Assembly: GCA_018985225.1 (NCBI GenBank)
Contig: JADGIF010000162.1
Span: forward strand, 1-16,443
Reading direction: 5' to 3'
Source: Amoeboradix gromovi X-113
Lineage: Eukaryota; Fungi; Sanchytriomycota
Length of the DNA stretch: 16,443 nucleotides
Part shown: positions 1 through 7,612 of the stretch, in pieces
Numbering within the stretch: position 1 is the first letter of the stretch
Layout of the letters: every line of letters starts with the position of its first letter
Program-made: the position numbers and the translations under genes
The notes under the pieces: generated by a model
What the model was told of the DNA's origin: nothing
The model's database searches: none
The model's input: the letters and a program-made list of their open reading frames with translations, nothing else

Positions 1-1
1 A

Positions 2-180
2 AGACCTCATATATTTGAACGAGATGCAGGGTCTTCTAGTTTTATTTTGAAGAGGGATTGAAAGTAATGAAAGAAAGTTGGTATAATAGAAGATCCTTTA
101 TTAATGATAGCATTTCCTCTGTATGGTGCACCTCCTTTAAAAACGAGTTAGTCTAGTTTTTATATTTGGTGTTCCATTTG
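2..180 (+). repeat. Dispersed repeat copy A (diverged, pseudogene-like; runs off the window start)
   Basis: Positions 55-177 align to 7456-7575 with 96/120 identities plus one 3-nt indel (hand count). Translation RPHIFER..FILKR/GLKVMKESWYNRRSFINDSISSVWCTSFKNELV*FLYLVFH has a 1-nt deletion near 53-55 and an in-frame TAG at 154-156. Confidence 0.85.
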
Positions 181-623
181 TGGTCCCAAAACCTGAGATG
201 AGAATAAGTCAAATGAAGAAACTATCTTTTATATGCTGATAGTCCAACTATTTGAAAGTAGATCTTACAGATAGGATTGTATTAAGCCGTTCAAGACCGG
301 CACTACCAGAGGTATTAATCCATTTTAGTCGGAGAAACTCTAGCAGTATCTTCTCGCATCCACTCATAGATTGAACTTGGCATGGGGTTCAATTTTGAAG
401 ATGCAAAATTTCATGCTATCATATAGTACGCAGATGCAAGCAGAGTTACGGTAGTACTTCTTAAAAGGAGTCCTCCATCCATCTAGCATAAAGTCTCATG
501 GCAATCCATTTTAGCAATGTGACAGTTGAACAACTTTCAAGGGATCTGATTGGTGTTTCACCTTTGACAGCGTGATTATGGAAATGAGCTAAAAGGAATT
601 TCGCCTGTTTTGTTAACCCAAAC

Positions 624-1313
624 ATGACAGGAACATTCATGGAAAATTTGAATGACGGATTGCTATTGATTGAAGCGGCAAGAACAGGCAAACTGCCCAA
701 AGTAACACATCGATTAACGCAAGAAGAACACGATCTTGTACAAAGTGGTGCGGTTTTTATTTGGAGTGAAAATGAGGTTAATATTAAAAGATGGACAGAT
801 GGAAGGAATTGGAGCAATTCCCGACTGAAAGGTAGGTTTTTAATATACAAGGAATCAAAAATGGAGTTTCCAATGAAAAAGAAGACCCTATGTGCTAGAA
901 CATATGACGGTGAGAAGTTCCACGTAATTTGCTACTATTACGAGAAAGATATACCAAACTTAGTAACACCTTCAAAGTCGCTGCGTGAACTGCAGATTCC
1001 AAAAAACTTTTATTTTGTAGGAGGTGAAAATTCACCATTATTGCAATTTAATCCAGATAAGAGGGAAGCGGAAAGTCCAACGGTAAAAGTAGCGTTTGAG
1101 ACCGACATACAAATGCCATCATATTTCAATGCGACACACAACAATACCAGTGATTCAGGAAATGCGCAATCCTCAAGATCAATATCGCCTGTCCCTATTT
1201 TCTCGCTATCAAACAGTCTAGCACCTCTCCGGATTCTGGAGCATTCTTCCATAAAAATTAGATATCGAGTAGATGAAGAGCAGTTAAAAATTCTACAATC
1301 TGCAATATTCTGA
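624..1313 (+). CDS. Gti1/Pac2 (WOPR-domain) transcription factor, Pac2-like, 229 aa
   Basis: WOPR motifs: DGLLLIEAARTGKLPKVTHRL, VQSGAVFIWSE, IKRWTDGRNWSNSR..FLIYKE, then MKKKT..FHVICYY..LVTPS. C-terminal DEEQLKIL resembles the Pac2-type tail. ATG to TGA, with AATAAA at 1343-1348. Confidence 0.93.
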   Translation: MTGTFMENLNDGLLLIEAARTGKLPKVTHRLTQEEHDLVQSGAVFIWSENEVNIKRWTDGRNWSNSRLKGRFLIYKESKMEFPMKKKTLCARTYDGEKFHVICYYYEKDIPNLVTPSKSLRELQIPKNFYFVGGENSPLLQFNPDKREAESPTVKVAFETDIQMPSYFNATHNNTSDSGNAQSSRSISPVPIFSLSNSLAPLRILEHSSIKIRYRVDEEQLKILQSAIF

Positions 1314-3137
1314 CAATTCAAATTGGAGTCATCAAGCCAAACAATAAATCTATTTTAAGTTATTTAATTAGATGCACTTGTTCTTCGAGTACTCTTGCTA
1401 ATTGATGCAATTAATGATAGCATATTTTCTTTCATGTAGCACTAGTACAAAATAAATAATTGTGCTATATTCCAAAAACTCATGAAAAGTACGATTTCCG
1501 AGAAAATCAAGAATATACACAGAGAATGTAGCAATGCTAGTAAATCCGTTACATTAATTGCTCACGCTTTCACTACCTTGAGACGAGGATTGAATAAGGA
1601 TCTATACACTCGATGTATGTATTCCTTGCTGCCATATGATCTCTATTGTTGCGGTAGGACCAAAAGCATACGAATTATTGAATAAATGGTTTACAGACTT
1701 ATTTTTATCATTGATACCTTTTGAGGACCAGCTGAAAGACACTTAATAGTTCTATGTTTGGACCAGTTCCTCGACGTGGATGAATGTATATTGTACCTAT
1801 TAGTTGTTTATTTAGAATTGATTTACAATTTGCGAAAAGGAAGAATATCGAGCATTTAAAGTATTTGAAAAATGTAGAAAAGTCATGCAATTATATAAAA
1901 GTAAACATAAATTCTCGACAAATGATATATTCTACAAAATTCGATGAGCTGGTTTTTGCACATATAATACTACAAGTAAATTTACTGTCCCTATGATCAC
2001 TTGGGTATATTGGTAACAGTATGATTAGGTCTATATGATATAAGTTTAGGTAACATGTTGATGAGTGCTGGAATACCTTGCTACCATATGTATCTTTATC
2101 TCGTTTTTTTTCTTATTCCTAGTCTGCTTCTCGTTGCGTATTTCTCTTGTGCTAAAAGTCTTCCCTGTACCTAAAATTTCTGATCTTAATAAAATAGTTT
2201 AAATCAAGAAGCTCAAGATTCAAACCCACGAAGAGTTAAAATCTAATGCACTTACTCTTCTCGGCGAGGCCCTTGTTGGATGAGAAATAAAACAGAATTA
2301 AACATGCTTGTGCTTGTTCAGCAGCCGTTTCTTCCCGCTGTTCAGGTAATCATTAGGGCTCTCATTCTTATCAAAAAGACATTAAATTTTCAGTTTATGG
2401 CTTTTTTTGACTGTGTTTTAATCTTTGGTAGCACTCATAGTGATTTTAGAAAACAATATTTTATATAATCTTGCACACGCAAAATTTACCACATATAATG
2501 CATCGCTGATGCAAGTGCTAGTTAAACCTGATTATTGCCAATCCTAAACTCAAATCTTATTGTTATAATAGGATCAGTTCTCTGTGATCCATAAGTTTCT
2601 CAAGATTTCCAGTTAGAAAAACATGTATTTTAAGTTCGCAGAACTTACGATAGAAATCCATTAACAAAGCTGAATTTAATATCATCATTCCTTTTGTAAT
2701 TCTGGGAAAAGATCTAGGTCACTGATGGAACAAGTTGTTATGTAGAGAGTCTGTCTGATTTTAAAATCTTTTTAACCTTGTCACAAACAACTTCGGCTTC
2801 AATTCAATAGAATTATTACGCGTGCCCTATAGCAAGTTCTCAAACACGTACTTCCATGCCAACACAAAATTCTAAACAATAAAAACAACAATCAATTGCA
2901 CCGAAAGGTTGCCGTATTAGGAAACGCAGGCTTCTGCGAGGGACTACTTAAATGCATTGACTGTTATAGAAAATATTAATTCCAAACCCAATCATAGAGA
3001 TTCCTATTTCACTCCATAACAGTTAAATGGCAAATTCTTAAATTGCTGAAAGCACCACATTGGATTACATGATTGCATCAAAGGCGGCGTATAAAAATGA
3101 AAAAATAAAGTAATATTTATTAATGTAGCTAACTTGA

Positions 3138-4569
3138 TCATTTCTTTGCATTAAGTGTGGAGGTTCTAGAGTTCGAAGTAAACGATTGAGAGCGTGATAC
3201 CATATCTTCTTTCTTATTCTCTTGACTTTTACTCTTTGATTTGAATAAATAACCGCTTAGCATTTGGCTTACGTTGTTACTAGTAGTTGACTCTACCGAC
3301 GATGTGTCATCTAGGTCAAGAATGTCGCCTCCATTAAGTTTACTAATCTTTATAGCCTCTAGTTGTGGTTTTTGATCTAACGCCGACACCCTACGATGTT
3401 CTTTGATTCTTGATTTAAGAATGTATTCCATTTGTGTACCGGTTTCAACATCCAACATCAAATCCACAAATAGATCTTCACCTTTTTTTTCAATTTTATC
3501 ATTTACTTTATCTGGATTGCTACCAAAAACCTTGAGAATCTGCTTATCTACATTAGTTTAGTCTACCTTCTTGAAGGTCAAGCAGCACTTTTGTAACATC
3601 CTGAATATAAATTAATTTTTCAAATTTGTATTTTTTGGAGTCCTGGCTATTCGAAGCCGACGAAAATTTGAACATGGATCTTTGTTGCTTATACCTGGCC
3701 AATAAGACTACATCGGAAAATATAACGAGATGCATTGGCGCTTTTTGATTGCTCGGTGAGATTCCGTCCCCTTCAACTATTAACCTACGAGATGCAGATA
3801 TCAGCTGTGGAGGAAATCCTTCTATCACTCTTTCGCATTCAAACATTCTCGTAGTTTCTTCCTCTTTCAACTTCACTTGGTTCAGCTGCAATGACAACTC
3901 ATTCATTTCATCAAATGCGCTGCTAAGGTCAGAGTAATCAAAATGAGAGACAGGGGTCTTCTTTCTCAAGTCTTTTAGCAGCAAGGAATATCGTAGGATT
4001 CGCTGAATAGGCAGAATCATGTAATCAGTCAAATCTTGTCTATCAGTCTCTTTTGAACTTCTAGCTTTATTGCAGAAATCACTAAAAACAAGATTCTTCC
4101 TTTGCGCGTCTCGAATTTGATTCATTGCGATTGCATAGTTATCTACATATTTCTTATAAATTGTCCAGTCTTCTTTTCTCTTGACGAATATGGCACCCAC
4201 AGATTCATCTTCATCCATCTCCCAAAATTTCAATGCTCTTTCTAAGTCCAAAGCAATCTTCAAAGAGTAATCTCTAAGTTCGGGAATAGAAGAGAAAACA
4301 ATTTTTACGAACGGTGCTGCTACTATTTGTTCGGGGGTATTTAAAAGATCTTTAAAGTGGTCCCTAAAATAAGTCAACATGACCGTCAAATGCCTAGCAT
4401 ATGATTTTTCTGTATCTACTAGCTCATGTAAAATATATCGCTTAGAATCTGGAACGCGTTGCAATGGTTGTTGTTCCTGGATAAGCTTCATATCTGCTAC
4501 AGTCAATGGCGGTGTTAAAAAATGGAATACAAGATTTGGAAATGGTCCGATACTCGAGTCTATGATCAT
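3138..4569 (-). CDS. Dbl-family RhoGEF (DH + PH domains), 2 exons (4569-3567, 3547-3138), about 470 aa
   Basis: DH motifs KRYILHELVDTEKSYARHL, YKKYVDNY, LTDYMILPIQRILRYSLLLKDLRKKTP..H.DY; PH-like RRLIVEG..MHLVIFSDVVLLAR. Removing the 19-nt intron 3548-3566 joins ORF 3553..4650 in frame to ORF 3138..3467 (..DLQE-DKQILKVFG..LFVDLMLD). The first in-frame ATG is 4569 (alternative 4491); the ORF-track start at 4650 is GTG. Confidence 0.88.
3548..3566 (-). other. 19-nt spliceosomal intron (phase 1) in RhoGEF
   Basis: Minus-strand sequence GTAGACTAAACTAATGTAG has GT..AG ends, branch-like ACTAAT just before NTAG, and the in-frame TAA. Excision restores a continuous frame. Confidence 0.8.
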
Positions 4570-4745
4570 GTTTTGATATTCCAAAAAGTTGGTGTGGCTT
4601 GTTTTACTGCTGCAGGACCTAATGGATTCTTGCTCTGCGCAGGGTGGCACGCCTTAGGAGGGCTTCTCCCAGCGTTCCGCCTCCTGCTACTGTAAGATCC
4701 ATCCGCAAAGTGGTTGCGCTTCCTCCAAATATATTCCACTGAAAC

Positions 4746-5582
4746 ATGTCTGGGGATGTATTAGAGCAACAGGCTAAACAAAAGTTAAGTGGGATGGGAT
4801 GGTTTGGTAACAAGTATGCCGACGCAGCTGATCTGTTTGTCCAGGCTGCGAACCAGTTCATCATTGACAAGCAGATGGAGAGGGCATCTGAGATGTTTGA
4901 GCAGGCATATCATAACTACCTGCAAGCCAAAATGGAGGAGGACGCATACCAGGTTGTTCAAAGCCTTCTGAAAATACTCAAGAAGGACACTGCAGCATCG
5001 GAGCAGAAACTGGTGACGTATAGCGACAAGCTGATCCAGCATCTACTGCAGAAAGGCAGATTTCATATGGCTGCCAACTTTGCTAAGCAGCTAGCCGAGG
5101 CCCACCACGACAACTCTGTCAAGATCAAGTACTTTCTCAAGGCAGGGGAATGGTATGAACAGGAAGATGCCAAGGCGCTGGGCATGAAATGCTTTCATTC
5201 ACATGCAATGGCTCTGGTAGCAGATAAGCAGTACGAGCTGGCGCTGGCAAAGATGGAGTACATCTCATCAGTGGCACTCAGCGACAATCTTCAAAAGTAC
5301 ATGGTCAAAGACTACTTGTTTGTCGCATTGATGATCGCTATGAACCTGGATGTCTTGCTGCTTAACCAGAAGCTACAAGAGTATGCCGCCATGGATCCGT
5401 CCTTCACCCAGTCTAGAGAATACAAATGCATCGAGCAGCTGTCCAAAGCACTCGAGGAAGGTGACTCTGAGCAGTTTAGCCAGGTCCTGCGGCAGTACGA
5501 CCAGCTATCGAAGCTGGACGACATGAAAACAAACTTGCTGCTCTCTGTCAAGTCAAACATGGACAAGGAGACCTTTGCGTAG
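4746..5582 (+). CDS. SEC17: alpha-soluble NSF attachment protein (alpha-SNAP / Sec17), 278 aa
   Basis: GWFGNKYADAADLFVQAANQF (hydrophobic loop plus first helix), GRFHMAA, NLQKYMVKDYLF, DPSFTQSREYK, GDSEQFS..YDQLSKLDDMKTNLLLSVK. Typical length; AATAAA at 5586-5591. Confidence 0.93.
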   Translation: MSGDVLEQQAKQKLSGMGWFGNKYADAADLFVQAANQFIIDKQMERASEMFEQAYHNYLQAKMEEDAYQVVQSLLKILKKDTAASEQKLVTYSDKLIQHLLQKGRFHMAANFAKQLAEAHHDNSVKIKYFLKAGEWYEQEDAKALGMKCFHSHAMALVADKQYELALAKMEYISSVALSDNLQKYMVKDYLFVALMIAMNLDVLLLNQKLQEYAAMDPSFTQSREYKCIEQLSKALEEGDSEQFSQVLRQYDQLSKLDDMKTNLLLSVKSNMDKETFA

Positions 5583-5938
5583 CTCAATAAATATGATTTA
5601 CAACCGCAACCCGTGTGTATTCTTCTGTTTCTCGGCGAGCCATGGACAAGGCGCAGTAGCTCTGGATCGCACCTGCCCCGATATAAGGCGCAGCACTCTG
5701 TGTGCAACCTTTTACAGAAAAAGAGCAGCCTCCGTATCCCTGTTGCAGATCCGTTGGGCGTGATTGCTTGTTATTACCGGTACTCAGGTTTTTTTCCAGT
5801 GCTACTACAAGGTCCCCGCAAATTGCAGGCTGAGAAATTTACCACACTGTCATCTACTATTTTCTTCATTGGAGTTAAGTCTTTGTTCACTACTTTCCTA
5901 CTAATGGGTAATAATGTTTTATTTTATTTATTTTTCAA

Positions 5939-7124
5939 TTACCATCCATTTCTATTAGAATTTCTAACATCTATCCATGATTTAAGAAAGTTCCGTAACT
6001 TCTTCTTTTCTTCAGAATCACGTCTGTATGTCTTCATCATATATTTAATCTTTTCCTCCCTTTTAACATCACTCTTAAATGGTATCAGAAACCTCGCCAT
6101 CATCAGCTTACAGTGCATAACGATTTCCTCTCCAACATCAGCACAAATTTCTGTAATCTCTCCAACATCATCAACTAATTTATTCAGTTCCAACAGATTT
6201 TCATCTCTAAATCCCAAAGGATATTCATTCCATTCAAAAGTCAAGATAGCATCCAAATCATTACCCATGACTGCGACTAACGTTCTGTACCAATTCTTAA
6301 ATCCATCGCTAAAGATATCTTCTTGCGTCTTCTTCGTTAACACCTAAAAACCCTTCCAGGAAGCGTCTAAGCGTTAGAAAACTTTCATAATTACTGATAG
6401 CCATACGTCGAAAATTCAGTCTAATCAAATTCCATCTTTCTATATTCTCAGCAGTCCAGTACGCACGATTATTCTCAACAGGGCCTTTTCTGTTTCTATC
6501 TACATATTCTTTGATAGCATCTGCAATGCCATGATGTCTATGATAGTCACTTAATGGTAAAATTCTCAATTTAGTAATTACGCAGATTATTGCCACAGAC
6601 TCGACAACGTCATTGCAATAACGCTTCAAATCTTCAAACTTATCATCAATGCTATACCAGATGTTGCTGCTAAGATATCTGTCATTTGGTTCTACAAGAG
6701 CATACTCACTCCAATCTCTATCCATTAAGTTCACGCCTATATGCTCGGCAGTTTGCATTGTAGTCTCGTAGAGGTCTTTAAAAGTACTATCGTAAACAAC
6801 TAATTCCGCAACTTCAGTGTTAACTTGTAAAAATCTACCAACAAACTCAAGATAAGTTTTCAGTTCAGTTTTTGCTTCCTTCTCAAGATTTGGGAAGTTA
6901 AGAATAGAATTCGGTACAGTGTGTGCGCCCTCATCTACTGTGGACGGAGACCCTTCTTCGACTGTGGACGGAGACCCTTCTTCGACTGTGGAAAAATACT
7001 TTGTATGGGTTCGCACGGGATGTCTACTTCGTGTGAGGGGTCCTAGGGAGACAAACGGACTAACAAACCCGCTTTGTACACCTCTTTGTAAAGACGGAAC
7101 CGCAAAAACCGCTGCAAACAACAT
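5939..7124 (-). pseudogene. Orphan gene split by a +1 frame change near 6309-6325 (pseudogene, assembly indel or recoded gene); two tandem ~120-aa homologous domains; about 394 aa if joined
   Basis: ORF 6309..7124 (true ATG, short hydrophobic start MLFAAVFAVP) overlaps ORF 5939..6343, whose listed start is GTG. The internal repeat alignment runs across the frame change. Three overlapping AATAAA (5918-5932) follow the 5939 stop. Confidence 0.65.
6928..6992. repeat. 24-bp coding minisatellite (about 2.7 units) encoding STVEEGSP-STVEEGSP-STVDEG
   Basis: ACTGTGGACGGAGACCCTTCTTCG is exact at 6937-6960 and 6961-6984, with partial units on both sides. Confidence 0.95.
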
Positions 7125-7270
7125 AACAAAGTAAATCCCTTTCTTCTATTTGACAGTGAACTCACAGACCACGTGAGATAGGAAGTATTTTATCCTTGAA
7201 TCAAATCATGAATATTGCGCGATTTTTCGTCATGTGGTTTAGTAATGAACATGCTATGCCCTATCTTATA

Positions 7271-7305
7271 CAAACGGGACATCAAATATAAGAAGTAGAC
7301 TAACT
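7271..7305 (-). repeat. Dispersed repeat copy D (short, inverted)
   Basis: The reverse complement AGTTAGTCTACTTCTTATATTTGATGTCCCGTTTG matches copy A (146-180) at 30/35. Positions 7276-7305 match the reverse complement of 7544-7573 at 26/30. Translates LVYFLYLMSRL. Confidence 0.75.
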
Positions 7306-7404
7306 TTCTGAAATAGTTTGAAGCATTATTTCAAGTGTGTGTTAACCGATAGTAAGTTAAACTAAATTGATCTGACTGGTTGCACCTTTTGCTTAGACAC
7401 TCAG

Positions 7405-7595
7405 AGACCTCGTATATTTGAAAGAGTGTGGGACATCTTGTTTATTTTAAAGAGAGGAATGACATTGATGAAAGAAAACTGGTTTGGAAGGACTTTTATT
7501 AATAATAGTATCTCCTCCTTATGGAGTACCTCCTTTAAAAACGACTTGGTCTACTTTTTATATTTGCTGTCCCACATATCGTATACGAATAGCAA
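7405..7595 (+). repeat. Dispersed repeat copy B
   Basis: About 80% identical to copy A, and 7519-7595 is 77/77 identical to the reverse complement of 16367-16443. It lies in a stop-free frame 7366-7602 (78 codons: ..RPRIFERVWDILFILKRGMTLMKENWFGRTFINNSISSLWSTSFKNDLVYFLYLLSHISYTNSNK). Confidence 0.92.
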
Positions 7596-7612
7596 CAAAT
7601 GAGTAAATTGCG

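Noticed and set aside
364-489. Minus-strand peptide MLDGWRTPFKKYYRNSACICVLYDS resembling Rab YYR..VYD or hAT DGW motifs
   Set aside because: Only about 41 codons with no other GTPase or transposase motifs; not supportable.
1410-1423. 14-nt match ATTAATGATAGCAT to repeat copy A (100-113)
   Set aside because: AT-rich and does not extend convincingly.
2898-2938. Two small hairpins (GCACC-GAAA-GGTTGC; CGCAG-GCTT-CTGCG), plus TAAGTTC-GCA-GAACTTA at 2631-2647
   Set aside because: Stems of 5-7 bp are expected by chance, and there is no tRNA, snRNA or ribozyme core.
5724-5744. Minus-strand NRDTEAA resembling the TnpB RuvC-III motif NRDxNAA
   Set aside because: A seven-residue match flanked by stops, with no convincing CxxC or RuvC-II nearby; compatible with chance.
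5613-6347. 244-aa plus-strand ORF
   Set aside because: GTG start and S/F/L/I-rich composition typical of an antisense shadow of the minus-strand orphan.
6367-6394. 16- or 28-nt GT..CTAAC..TAG candidate introns in the orphan gene
   Set aside because: Splicing leads straight to a TAG at about 6346-6344 and destroys the FLEGFLGVNEEDA repeat homology.
6928-6992. 24-bp repeats considered as a CRISPR-like array
   Set aside because: Head-to-tail units without spacers, in frame inside a coding region.
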